Of a DNA stretch of 64,000 nt, positions 1-8,917 are shown one piece after another (position 1 is the stretch's first letter; each line of letters opens with the position of its first letter). This DNA is from a virus. Taxonomy: Duplodnaviria > Caudoviricetes. The notes below the pieces were generated by a model. That model ran no database searches and was not told the origin of the DNA. It was given only the letters and a program-made list of their open reading frames with translations. Both the position numbers and the translations under genes were made by a program. The stretch is from positions 24,252 through 88,251 of IMG/VR virus record IMGVR_UViG_2875499822_000002; one strand, 5' to 3'.

Positions 1-271
1 CGGCGGCGTAATCCAGGCCAGCGCCCGACATCAGAATCCGCGCTCCAGAGGAGCCAGTGCGGGGCGCCGCCCCCTTCCATTCCATGATCGTACCCATCTG
101 GCTACCGAGGCTGGCTTCCAATCCCAATTGCCTGCGCTGCTCGCCCCAGTGCTGCATCAGTCCGCCGACCAGACGCAGGCGCTCGGCTGGATCAATCAAC
201 TCCGCCATATCCTTCAGGTGCTGGGCCACTTGCACCTGACGCTGAAGGCGTCTTTCCAAGTCCATCGTCAT
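1..271 (-). CDS. Partial phage protein running off the window start; possible late-gene regulator
   Basis: Hand translation MTMDLERRLQRQ...LMQHWGEQ...GSQMGTIMEWKGAAPR; ATGA overlap at 268-271 with the upstream ORF; function inferred from position only. Confidence 0.55.
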   Translation of the reverse strand, partial: MTMDLERRLQRQVQVAQHLKDMAELIDPAERLRLVGGLMQHWGEQRRQLGLEASLGSQMGTIMEWKGAAPRTGSSGARILMSGAGLDYAA

Positions 272-600
272 CGCCATCCCTCCGAATTCAGTACCCGACA
301 CACATTTAGCCAACCCAACACAAACCCAACACACTCGAAACCCAATAAATTCAATGGATTGAAAGCATCTGTGTTTAGTGTGTCGGGTGTGTTGAGTTTT
401 TCAGGGCTCGCATAGAGATTTATCGGGCCTTCGATTTCAGCGCTTGAAGAAGATCGCCTGCGCGCGTGCGTGCGCGAACCCAACACACCCAACACACACT
501 CCCGCCAATCCACGGATTCCGGGGCCTGAATCTGTGTTGGCTTGCGGAAACCAACCCAACACCCACCCAACACACCCAACACACTTACCGACAGAGTCAT
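268..600 (-). CDS. Hypothetical ORF overlapping the iteron region
   Basis: ATGA overlaps at both ends, but the VLG repeats derive from the DNA repeats. Confidence 0.3.
   Translation of the reverse strand: MTLSVSVLGVLGGCWVGFRKPTQIQAPESVDWRECVLGVLGSRTHARRRSSSSAEIEGPINLYASPEKLNTPDTLNTDAFNPLNLLGFECVGFVLGWLNVCRVLNSEGWR
294..586. repeat. Iteron-like ACCCAACAC(AC) repeats in direct and inverted orientation; candidate replication origin of element A
   Basis: Clusters at ~294-333, 369-398 (inverted), 478-499 and 550-583, immediately downstream of the primase gene. Confidence 0.7.
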
Positions 601-3377
601 GCTGCAACCCTCTTGATGTGGTCCCAGGCTTCCACCGTCCAGCCCGAGAGCTTCGCTCGCTCACGCCACTCGATGACGTTCTTGCCCAGCACGGCCGCAT
701 TCATGGATGGGGGCAGGGAAGGATCACCATCAGTGGGCATGAAGAACGCCGCGAATCGCCGAGTGCCGTGCCCCGTGGAGCAGTCCGACCAGGGGATAGC
801 CCTCGTCTTCTCCACCTTAGCGCTCAGCATCAAGGAGAACTTGGTTTGGCTCATGGCATGCTCTTTGTTATGGGCGCACCACTCAATGAACATGGCGTAC
901 ACATCCGAGGTCAGGCAGCAACCCCACAGGCCGTACCCAAGCTCACCGTTCCGCCAGAGGTGGAAGAATGTCTGCCAGGCCGTGCGGCTCAGCTCAACCA
1001 GGCGTTGACGGGCCTCAGTCTTAGGCGGACGGGTGCGCTGGTTGAAGTCCTCGAGGTCGACGTCCAGCAGCCAACCGTACAAGGCAGCCACCCCGCCATT
1101 CGCCAGCTCCCGGGCGATTGCCTTCTGCCTCTCAGGCGGCAGCGTCTCCAGAGGCCACATCACCAGCATCCGGCGGTCGTCTTCGCTGATCGGCCACGGC
1201 ATGATCTCGTTGCTCAGGAACGCCGAGTTCATGTGGTTGGATTCTTCCCAGCCGTTGATGAACTTCGACTCCATCCGCACTGTTTTGCCGGTGATCATGT
1301 GCTTGATCTTGCCGACCTGGTTGTAGCGCTGGTCGCGGCTCACAACCTCTTCGAACACGGCCCACAGCTTGCCGCTCTGCCAGGCGTTGAAGTTGCCTTC
1401 AAGCTGCGTCTGGCCAACTGTGGCGCCGTAACGGCCGTACAGCTCACCCATGATGTCCGCGAACAACAGGCTTTTGCCCGAGCCTTCCATGGTCGAGTGG
1501 AACAGGATGGCAGTGTCCATCTTCGCGCCCATGTGCTGCAGCGGGTAGGCCAGCCACTTGACCAGCCAATCCAGAGCTTCAGTGTCATTGTTGCAAAGAA
1601 ACGAGATCAGCCAGCGCAGGTTCTCGCAGGCAGCGTCATCGCGCACCGGCGCAAGCGGCAAGCCCTCGAAGGTGTTGATGTAGATCGCAGGATCCTTGGT
1701 CATCGTCGGGTCGAACACGATGTGGTCGACGTCCACCACCCGCCGATCCGGGCTGTTCAGCCATAGCTGATAAGCATCACCCAGGGCCATCTTGACGCTA
1801 CCCTCGGGCAGGCGCCGCTTCTTCTCGCGGTCCCAGGCCTCTTTCGTACCGTCGATGTAGATGTACCGGTCGAGCGGCTCCAGCTTCAGCGCCCCGCCCT
1901 TCTTGCTGGCCATCTTTCGGGCCTGTTCAAGCTCTGTCACCTGCTCGGAGGCAATGAGCTTCTTGTCGGTTCGCTCTATCCACTCCTTTGCCAGGGGCTT
2001 GCCAACCAGAGCTTCGAAGCCTGCCCGCTTCATCGCCCGCCCATTGTCCAAGTCCCACACACTGGTGGTGCCTTCGACCAGGGCGAATCGGCGCATTGCG
2101 CCATTGATGTCCAGGGCGTCACCCCCTGCCCCCCCTTTGGCCGAGGAGCCGGCCGGGCTGGGCGCTTCATCGTCCGATGGGGCGTGGGGAAGGTTCTCGG
2201 CATCGCTGCCCTCGAGCGAAGGCAGCTCGGCCTGCTCGACCACCGATGGGGCGCGGGGAAGTTCGCCCAATGGCGGCGGTGCCGGTGGACGGGACTTTGC
2301 ATCAATGCCGAGGATCCGCGCCGCTGCTTTGGTAGCAACCTTCTGGTCGCCGTCGTGCATCAGGATGCAGAACACATCGAACGCGTCGTTCTTGTGTCCG
2401 TTCGCCAGCGGGTCCGAAGTGTGGTGCGAATACAGCTTGCCATCCGTGATCGTCACGCCGGGTGCGCCGGAGCTGCTGTGTGGGCTCAACCACTTGCCGT
2501 CGATACGCTTGTATCCATGTGCCTCAATTATCGTGGCGATATCATGGATGCGATTGAACTCGGGGATGACCTCGGGAAGCCGGTCGCCGGATCGTGCTGC
2601 AGCTGGTGATGGCTTGGCCACGGGACGAGCTGCAGACGCAGGCGCTGCCGACTTAGGCTTCCATGGGCAAACCCCCTCCCCCATCGGCTTGAATTCGTCC
2701 CAATCCTGCCAGATGGCCAAGAGGTCGGCCGGCAACACCGGCAAGCCTTCTGCGGCTGGAGGGGTTCGCCAGGTGTAAGGTTTGCCTGTACCAGGGTGAA
2801 TGGACGGCGGCAATACGTCCTGCACCAGGCCGCCCCGAAGCTCGAAGACCGTCACTTTCTTGAAAGGATCAGCCGCCATGCGGAAAGCCGCCTCGCGCTC
2901 GGCATCTCCGTCGGCCTTGGCAGCAATTGCTTGCGCCATGATCCCTTTGTAGATGGTGCCACAAGGGTCGTTCTTGTTGGGCCAAACCAGAGCGTGACGA
3001 CTCAGTTCTACACCTTCGGGAACGCGGAACATCACGCGGAATCGCTCAGGATTGCCAACAGAGGTCGGGTACATGTCAGCAAGAGCGTCGACGTCGAGCC
3101 CAAGCGTCTGCTGGAGAACCAGTCTGGTCAGCTCAACATCATCAACGTCGAGCGAACAGACACGACTCGGCCCGAGCACAACACCGAGGTTGTGATTCGG
3201 GCTCGCTATCCAGAACGCTTCAGCCTTTGAGGCATCAGTAAAGTAGCCACCTGGCTTGTTCCAGCCAGCCCCCTTAGGGCCTTTCTCACCTGGTTCAATG
3301 GGAACCAGAGCGAGATCGAAGGCTTCAATGTAACGCCGCGCCCAATCAGCTGTGGCAGGAGTTGGGCGCTCGCTCAT
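597..3377 (-). CDS. Bifunctional primase-polymerase (Prim-Pol) fused to an SF3-type helicase (DUF5906-like)
   Basis: N-terminal HNLGVVLG..SLDVD Prim-Pol motifs; C-terminal EGSGKS Walker A and VFEEV Walker B; start taken at the ATGA overlap 3374-3377. Confidence 0.85.
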   Translation of the reverse strand: MSERPTPATADWARRYIEAFDLALVPIEPGEKGPKGAGWNKPGGYFTDASKAEAFWIASPNHNLGVVLGPSRVCSLDVDDVELTRLVLQQTLGLDVDALADMYPTSVGNPERFRVMFRVPEGVELSRHALVWPNKNDPCGTIYKGIMAQAIAAKADGDAEREAAFRMAADPFKKVTVFELRGGLVQDVLPPSIHPGTGKPYTWRTPPAAEGLPVLPADLLAIWQDWDEFKPMGEGVCPWKPKSAAPASAARPVAKPSPAAARSGDRLPEVIPEFNRIHDIATIIEAHGYKRIDGKWLSPHSSSGAPGVTITDGKLYSHHTSDPLANGHKNDAFDVFCILMHDGDQKVATKAAARILGIDAKSRPPAPPPLGELPRAPSVVEQAELPSLEGSDAENLPHAPSDDEAPSPAGSSAKGGAGGDALDINGAMRRFALVEGTTSVWDLDNGRAMKRAGFEALVGKPLAKEWIERTDKKLIASEQVTELEQARKMASKKGGALKLEPLDRYIYIDGTKEAWDREKKRRLPEGSVKMALGDAYQLWLNSPDRRVVDVDHIVFDPTMTKDPAIYINTFEGLPLAPVRDDAACENLRWLISFLCNNDTEALDWLVKWLAYPLQHMGAKMDTAILFHSTMEGSGKSLLFADIMGELYGRYGATVGQTQLEGNFNAWQSGKLWAVFEEVVSRDQRYNQVGKIKHMITGKTVRMESKFINGWEESNHMNSAFLSNEIMPWPISEDDRRMLVMWPLETLPPERQKAIARELANGGVAALYGWLLDVDLEDFNQRTRPPKTEARQRLVELSRTAWQTFFHLWRNGELGYGLWGCCLTSDVYAMFIEWCAHNKEHAMSQTKFSLMLSAKVEKTRAIPWSDCSTGHGTRRFAAFFMPTDGDPSLPPSMNAAVLGKNVIEWRERAKLSGWTVEAWDHIKRVAA

Positions 3378-3577
3378 CTGCGGCGCTCCCGCAGCTCTTG
3401 GCAATCGATGCAGGTCTCGCAACCCGCAGCCGACTGCTGACGAGCGAGCGGGATCGGCTCGTCGCAGTCCTCGCAGAACTGGGCGCTTGGCTTTTCAGGG
3501 AGTCGTGCAAGGCGCTGCAGCGACAGCTGCAGGAAGTACTCGGCGTGATCGTTGGCGAAATCGACGGCGTCAGCCAT
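3374..3577 (-). CDS. TraR/DksA C4-type zinc finger protein
   Basis: MADAVD start, CEDC...IPLAR...CIDCQ. Confidence 0.9.
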   Translation of the reverse strand: MADAVDFANDHAEYFLQLSLQRLARLPEKPSAQFCEDCDEPIPLARQQSAAGCETCIDCQELRERRR

Positions 3578-4058
3578 GGGCTTCATCCTCCATGGCTTGG
3601 CGGGCACCTGCCATGATCGCCAGCACCTGACGGATCACATCCATCCCGCGGTGCTCCAGATCCAACACCTCGGACTCCGTCCAGACGTTGTCGGCGGCAC
3701 CATCGTGGAGACTGCCAACGAATTCGCTGGACTCCTCAAGCAGCTTGGCTACCGCCTGAAGGGCTTCGTTGGTCGCTGGCAATGGCTCCGGGCGGTACCA
3801 CACAACACCGGCCGGTCGAACGAGGGCATCCAGCAGCCGCTGATCTGCGGTCCACCGGACGATCTCTTCTATCTCATCCGGACTTGGCCAGCGCCGCTCT
3901 TCGGTGGGATGGAGTTTCTTCTGCAGGGTATCAACGTCCATGACCATATCGAAGGCCAGCTTGGTGATACCACCGTGATAGTCGCGACCGGCGCGGTAGA
4001 GCGCCTGCCGCAATGCGAGAACCGGACCCGCGTCCGGCAGTAGATCAATGCGACTCAT
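3570..4058 (-). CDS. Phage regulatory CII-family protein
   Basis: Downstream of cro; GGITKLA...TLQKKL HTH-like motif typical of Pseudomonas CII-family proteins. Confidence 0.7.
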   Translation of the reverse strand: MSRIDLLPDAGPVLALRQALYRAGRDYHGGITKLAFDMVMDVDTLQKKLHPTEERRWPSPDEIEEIVRWTADQRLLDALVRPAGVVWYRPEPLPATNEALQAVAKLLEESSEFVGSLHDGAADNVWTESEVLDLEHRGMDVIRQVLAIMAGARQAMEDEAHG

Positions 4059-4184
4059 AACCGTAAATCCTCGGTTTACGGTGTAGCCACAGGATGAGGT
4101 AGGACCTATCCTACAGCTACGACCGTACTGTGCTGTGCGTCGTCGTCGCTGGGCCAGGGAGGTGAGAGTCCCTGGTCCAGCACC

Positions 4185-4409
4185 TTATTCCTTCACTTGC
4201 CTCAAATATGCCCAATCGATGTCCGGCCGCAGTGCTTCACAACGAATCACACCTGCCGTTTCTCGATCCAGGCAGACAGCTAGTCCCGCGCTAGCGCGGC
4301 GGTTGCCGTAGGCCACTTGTTTCAACTGGCCAACAGACGTACCGCAACGTCGCGAGAAAGCCTCGAGCCCTTCCTTGTCCATCGTCTTCAAGTACTCGCT
4401 AAGCGTCAT
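4185..4409 (-). CDS. cro: Cro/YdaS-like HTH regulator
   Basis: Divergent from cI; ends ..LRPDIDW; GGAGG RBS before ATG 4409. Confidence 0.8.
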   Translation of the reverse strand: MTLSEYLKTMDKEGLEAFSRRCGTSVGQLKQVAYGNRRASAGLAVCLDRETAGVIRCEALRPDIDWAYLRQVKE

Positions 4410-4431
4410 AGACACCTCCGTTGGTGGCGAG

Positions 4432-4486
4432 ATTAGCAATTGCTAATTAGCAAGGCAATAGCAAGTAGTAATTTACTGTTTGCTAA
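4432..4486. promoter_or_regulatory. Putative repressor operators between cro and cI
   Basis: Perfect palindrome ATTAGCAATTGCTAAT at 4432-4447 plus TAGCAA/TTGCTAA half-sites. Confidence 0.7.
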
Positions 4487-4506
4487 CGGAAAGCAATCAT
4501 CGCCAA

Positions 4507-5208
4507 ATGGATATCAATGAAAGGCGTATCGCCTCCCTCCGTACGATCATGGGTGCACTGAGCCAGAAGGAATTCGCTGAGGCTCACGACCTAGACGCGT
4601 CGTACCTGTCACAACTGCTCAACGGCCATCGCAAGCTGGGGGAAAAGGCTGCGCTTAATCTGGAGCTCAAGATCGGGCTCGCAGCAGGGACGCTGACATC
4701 TCCTCCCTCCGAGGAGCCATCCACCGCAGCCCCAGCCAACGTGGTTCGCCTGCCCACCAGGGCGGCAAAGGACAAGAACTTCGTGCTGATTCCGCACCTC
4801 GATATCGCGGCGTCTATGGGGCATGGCAAGGCAGCCCCAGGTATGATTGAAGTCATCCGTGACATGACGGTTCACCTCGACTGGCTCAGGATGCAGGGCC
4901 TGACCTTCTCGAATGTCGACAACTTGGCCATCATCACAGGGGATGGCGATAGCATGTCTGGTACGTTCGCCGACGGCGACGCCCTGCTTGTGGATCGCGG
5001 GATTTCCGAGGTGAAAACAGACGCGATATACGTCTTCACCCTCGACGGCGACCTCTACATCAAACGCCTGCAGCGCCTTACCGGAGGCCAGCTCCGAATG
5101 ATCTCCGACAACCCCATCTACCCACCGATTACCATCGATGAGTCGATGATCGAACGCATGCACATACAAGCCCGCGTCCTGCTGGCCTGGAACGCGAAGA
5201 AGCTCTAA
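4507..5208 (+). CDS. cI: CI-like repressor (HTH plus S24 autopeptidase)
   Basis: N-terminal HTH, ASMG cleavage-site region, GDSM Ser motif and IKRL Lys motif. Confidence 0.9.
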   Translation: MDINERRIASLRTIMGALSQKEFAEAHDLDASYLSQLLNGHRKLGEKAALNLELKIGLAAGTLTSPPSEEPSTAAPANVVRLPTRAAKDKNFVLIPHLDIAASMGHGKAAPGMIEVIRDMTVHLDWLRMQGLTFSNVDNLAIITGDGDSMSGTFADGDALLVDRGISEVKTDAIYVFTLDGDLYIKRLQRLTGGQLRMISDNPIYPPITIDESMIERMHIQARVLLAWNAKKL

Positions 5209-5265
5209 CCCCCTCGTGTTGCGTTTCACCGGCCATCTGCCGGGGCGCAATCACGCCCAATCAAT

Positions 5266-5306
5266 TTAGCATTTGCTATTGTACAATTAATTAGCCTTTG
5301 CTAATT
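5266..5306. promoter_or_regulatory. Second operator pair upstream of the early operon
   Basis: TTAGCATTTGCTA at 5266-5278 and AATTAGCCTTTGCTAATT at 5289-5306 match the 4432 palindrome. Confidence 0.7.
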
Positions 5307-5345
5307 TCAGTCCCGTGCCTTCTCTCACATCAAGGACACGGAAGA

Positions 5346-5510
5346 ATGAAATCAGCACAGCGCAACGGATCCGTAGCGGTCCTCATCCATCCAACCGCCT
5401 GCACCAGCCTGGCGAAAATCCACGCGTTCCAACGCAGCACCGGCTTGCAGTTGGTCGTCTCCCTGGATGGCAAAGCCCACGCCGTACCTGCGAACGGGGG
5501 TGCAGCATGA
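5346..5510 (+). CDS. Small phage hypothetical protein
   Basis: First of a chain of ATGA-coupled ORFs. Confidence 0.55.
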   Translation: MKSAQRNGSVAVLIHPTACTSLAKIHAFQRSTGLQLVVSLDGKAHAVPANGGAA

Positions 5511-6016
5511 GCGAGTTCCAGATCTCCCTACGCCACATCATGCTGCTGCAGCGCACCCTGGATAACGGCGGTATTGCGACCTGCAAGTTGCAGCGCCCTG
5601 AGGCCACCGTCGACGCGCAGATCGAGATCGAAAACGACTGCACGCACCACCGCATCAAGGTGATCCTTGGATCGCTCTGCAGCAGCCTGAGCCTGCCGCG
5701 CGCCCTCTCCACCAAATGCCTGTCATTGAGGGACTTTGTGCAAGACCTGGCCAATGGCCGAGCTGACTCCGGCGCTCAGTCGGAGGAAGCGCTCGCTCTC
5801 ATGGAAGCGCAGGTCAGCGTTGAAGAGGTACTCCTGACCGGCCAAACCGCCTACGTCATCGCCACGGTCAACCGCCAACTTCCCCTCGGCGCCGTCGTGA
5901 CCAACGACCAGGGCGATGTCTGCGTGGCTGTCACAGGTACCAGCAAAGAGCACCTCGCTGATGCAGTCCGAGCGAAGCTCCAGCCCGGCCCCGACAATCT
6001 CAGGGAGTGCGCATGA
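5507..6016 (+). CDS. Phage hypothetical protein
   Basis: ATGA overlaps at both ends. Confidence 0.7.
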   Translation: MSEFQISLRHIMLLQRTLDNGGIATCKLQRPEATVDAQIEIENDCTHHRIKVILGSLCSSLSLPRALSTKCLSLRDFVQDLANGRADSGAQSEEALALMEAQVSVEEVLLTGQTAYVIATVNRQLPLGAVVTNDQGDVCVAVTGTSKEHLADAVRAKLQPGPDNLRECA

Positions 6017-6258
6017 GCACCCTGGAACAACTGCGCGGCGAGTTCTCCACGCCCTGCCCGACACTGACCGCTGTGAGGGAGCGCTACTTCCCTCACATTG
6101 GTTCAGATCGCCGTCTCAGGGAGCTCATCAACAAGGGACAGATCAAGCTGGTGCTGAGCAAGCTGCACAACTCGGCGAAGGCGCAGCACGTTGTCTACCT
6201 GCACAACTTGGCCGAGTACCTGGACCGACAGGCAGAACGATCTCGTCAATCCGCTTGA
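6013..6258 (+). CDS. Pyocin activator PrtN-family protein
   Basis: YF.H...GQIKL...S.K...V.L..LAEYLD pattern shared with 7263-7538. Confidence 0.7.
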   Translation: MSTLEQLRGEFSTPCPTLTAVRERYFPHIGSDRRLRELINKGQIKLVLSKLHNSAKAQHVVYLHNLAEYLDRQAERSRQSA

Positions 6259-6343
6259 ACCAAGCGGCCCCGGCCAGCAGGGGCACCCAGCCCGCCACCG
6301 ACTCTCACCTTACCCGGCGGCGGGCCATTTCGGAGCACAGCAC

Positions 6344-6841
6344 ATGCAACCACATCAACAAGTACTTGCCCTGGGTATCGCGTGGCTTATCGGCCTTATC
6401 GCCCTGACCTTCATCATCCCGAGAATGCGGCACCGCGCCTTCATTCGAGGTCTGGACGAAGGCAGACAGCAGCAAAGGGCTGACCTGAAACTGCAGATCA
6501 AAGGCCTGCAGGATGATCTGGACGAGGCTCGGATTCAGTCCGAAGCCGGCCAACGCAAGCATCACCAGGATGTCGCCAACCTCAAAGCGAGTATGCTCGA
6601 ACTGGAAGCCCGCATCATGTCGTATACCGGCTTACCGGTGACCAAGGCGGACTACGAGAGTCTGGTCAGCGCCTTGTCCATCATGCGTCTGGCTCAACGC
6701 ACGTTCAAAGCCCTGAAAACCGAAGCGGAGGCAGCCCGAGCTGGCGCGCAGGCAGATGTCATTGATGAGCTGGCCAAACGGATCCATGCCCAACTACGCA
6801 GCACACCTGGTAGCTCCGTAACCACAGGAGCTGCAGCATGA
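6344..6841 (+). CDS. Membrane-anchored coiled-coil phage protein
   Basis: N-terminal hydrophobic segment followed by a coiled-coil-like region; GGAG RBS. Confidence 0.65.
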   Translation: MQPHQQVLALGIAWLIGLIALTFIIPRMRHRAFIRGLDEGRQQQRADLKLQIKGLQDDLDEARIQSEAGQRKHHQDVANLKASMLELEARIMSYTGLPVTKADYESLVSALSIMRLAQRTFKALKTEAEAARAGAQADVIDELAKRIHAQLRSTPGSSVTTGAAA

Positions 6842-7266
6842 CCACTCCCACCCCACGCAGCTGCATCGTCCATGGCCCGACTGGGTGCGGTAAATCCACT
6901 AACGCTCAAGCCATCGCTAAGGCGCTCGGCTTGAGCCACATTCGCGACAATTGGGAAGCAGGCGCACCCGTGCCACTGCTCGACACCCTGGTGTTGACCA
7001 GCGCTGACAATCCCGCCTGGTACTTCAATGGCCGAGTGCTGAGCGTCGATCAGGCGATGCTGCTGGTTGAGCATGCCAAGGCTCACGACTGCACCGCACC
7101 CACCACAGAACATCCCGCCGCCGCTTGGCTCGGCCAGGCCGGGCTGTACCGCACTCGGTTTGACGCAGTGCGCAACTTTGAGCAGTCCGTCACTCCAGTT
7201 TCCGCCGATGAACTGTTCAACCTTGCCAGCAAGCAAGTGCTCAGCCAGCAGGAGGGCCATGCATGA
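6838..7266 (+). CDS. Small protein with Walker A-like motif
   Basis: GPTGCGKS near the N-terminus; ATGA-coupled. Confidence 0.6.
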   Translation: MTTPTPRSCIVHGPTGCGKSTNAQAIAKALGLSHIRDNWEAGAPVPLLDTLVLTSADNPAWYFNGRVLSVDQAMLLVEHAKAHDCTAPTTEHPAAAWLGQAGLYRTRFDAVRNFEQSVTPVSADELFNLASKQVLSQQEGHA

Positions 7267-7538
7267 ACACAGCCTTTGTTTTGATGGCGCAGTACAACGG
7301 CATGGCGATTATCTCGCTCGAGCAGGTATGCAGTGACTACTTCACTCACCTCACCCCTGACATGTTTCAGCGGAAGGTTCTTGCCGGACAGATCAAGCTC
7401 CCTATCACCAGGCTCGAGACAAGCCAGAAGAGCGCACGAGGCATTCATATTGCCGATCTGGCGCAATACCTGGATCAGCAGCGGGAGGCTGCCCGTAAGG
7501 AGTGTGCGCAATTGAACAAGACGCTTCGGGCCGGCTAA
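7263..7538 (+). CDS. Pyocin activator PrtN-family protein; possible excisionase
   Basis: MNTAFVLMAQY...SQKSARGIHIADLAQYLD signature. Confidence 0.85.
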   Translation: MNTAFVLMAQYNGMAIISLEQVCSDYFTHLTPDMFQRKVLAGQIKLPITRLETSQKSARGIHIADLAQYLDQQREAARKECAQLNKTLRAG

Positions 7539-7618
7539 CCGGGAGATTGCACCTCGCCTGGCCAGGTGTCGGTGGCCGTCGACATCGTCGACGATCACCC
7601 GGACCGGCCTTTGGCGAG

Positions 7619-7642
7619 GGCAGATAACGACCCAAAGCTGCC
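7619..7642. repeat. 24-bp quasi-palindromic site at the left border of the cargo
   Basis: GGCAGATAACGACCCAAAGCTGCC; 16/24 identical to the reverse complement of 13032-13055. Confidence 0.55.
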
Positions 7643-7801
7643 CTCCGCTAGAGACCTATACCGTGACAGAGGCAACCTGGGCGGTAGCCAATAGCTAAGG
7701 TCAGCAGGCCCTAAAGTCCATATAATTCGGGGCGGATTGTGCCATGTTTACCGCTGTTACACGCTCACGTACAGGCTGAAGCAGCCTTGGGCATTGAAGT
7801 G

Positions 7802-8917
7802 TCAGCCAACCTCATCGCTATCAGCAAAGCGCTCCGCGATAGCCTGGAAGTGCTCATGGTTGGCCAGGAAAACGTCGCATATATCCGGATCGAAATGCTT
7901 GGCACGTCCCTGGCGGATAATCTCCAGCGCCTGATCATGGGACATGCCCTGCTTATAAACGCGCCGGCTGATCAGTGCGTCATACACGTCCGCCACCGCC
8001 ATCAGTCTGGCGCTGATGGGAATGTCGTCGGCACTCAGCCCTTCGGGATAGCCGGTACCATCCCACTTCTCGTGGTGGCCGTAGGCGATTTCCTTGGCCA
8101 GACGCAGAAACCCCACCGAGGTGCCCAGCTGCTCCTCGGCGTGCCGGATAGCATTGCCTCCCAGCACCGTATGGGTCTTCATCGTCTCAAACTCCTCCGG
8201 TGTGAGACGCCCCGGCTTGAGTAGTATGTGATCGGGTATACCGACCTTGCCGATGTCATGCAGCGGAGCCGACTTGAATAGCAGTCGGATGCTCTCATCA
8301 TCAATGAAATGGCGGAACCTCGGGTGTTCGCGCAGCATCTCGGCCAGCAACCTGACGTAGTGCTGGGTTCGTCGGATGTGGTTGCCCGTCTCATTGTCGC
8401 GGGTTTCGGCCAGCGAGGTCATGGCTTGAATGGTCACATCCTGGATAGCCATGACCTCGGCGGTGCGACGCTGCACTTCCTGCTCAAGATAAGCCTTCTG
8501 ATCTCGTAAGAAGTCGGCGGCCGCCTTGATATTCAACTGGGTTTCCACCCGCGCCAACACGATCGGCGGGTTGATAGGTTTGGTGATGTAGTCCACGGCG
8601 CCCATCTGCAAACCGAGGATCTCGTCTTCCATGGTCGCCATGGCGGTGAGGAAGATGATCGGAATATCGGCTGTGCGCGGATCGCGCTTGAGCTGCCCTG
8701 CCACTTCATGACCCGACAGGTCGGGCATCATGATGTCGAGCAGGATCAGATCCGGGCGGGGCTCCTGGGCCGCTGCCTTCAACGCGCGCTCGCCGTTGAT
8801 GGCCACCCGCGTACGGTAACGATCCTTGAGCAGCCCATTGATCAGTGTGATGTTCTCTGGCGTGTCATCGACAATGAGGATGATAGGGCCATGGGGGGTG
8901 CTCAGGACTTCATTCAT
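7802..8917 (-). CDS. Response regulator with REC and HD-GYP domains (RpfG-like c-di-GMP phosphodiesterase)
   Basis: VDD...LLDIMMP receiver; LHDIGK and HHEKWDGTGYP motifs. Confidence 0.92.
   Translation of the reverse strand: MNEVLSTPHGPIILIVDDTPENITLINGLLKDRYRTRVAINGERALKAAAQEPRPDLILLDIMMPDLSGHEVAGQLKRDPRTADIPIIFLTAMATMEDEILGLQMGAVDYITKPINPPIVLARVETQLNIKAAADFLRDQKAYLEQEVQRRTAEVMAIQDVTIQAMTSLAETRDNETGNHIRRTQHYVRLLAEMLREHPRFRHFIDDESIRLLFKSAPLHDIGKVGIPDHILLKPGRLTPEEFETMKTHTVLGGNAIRHAEEQLGTSVGFLRLAKEIAYGHHEKWDGTGYPEGLSADDIPISARLMAVADVYDALISRRVYKQGMSHDQALEIIRQGRAKHFDPDICDVFLANHEHFQAIAERFADSDEVG

Noticed and set aside
444-2778. Long plus-strand ORFs (440 aa, 305 aa)
   Set aside because: Antisense shadows of the GC-rich primase gene, with no recognisable motifs.
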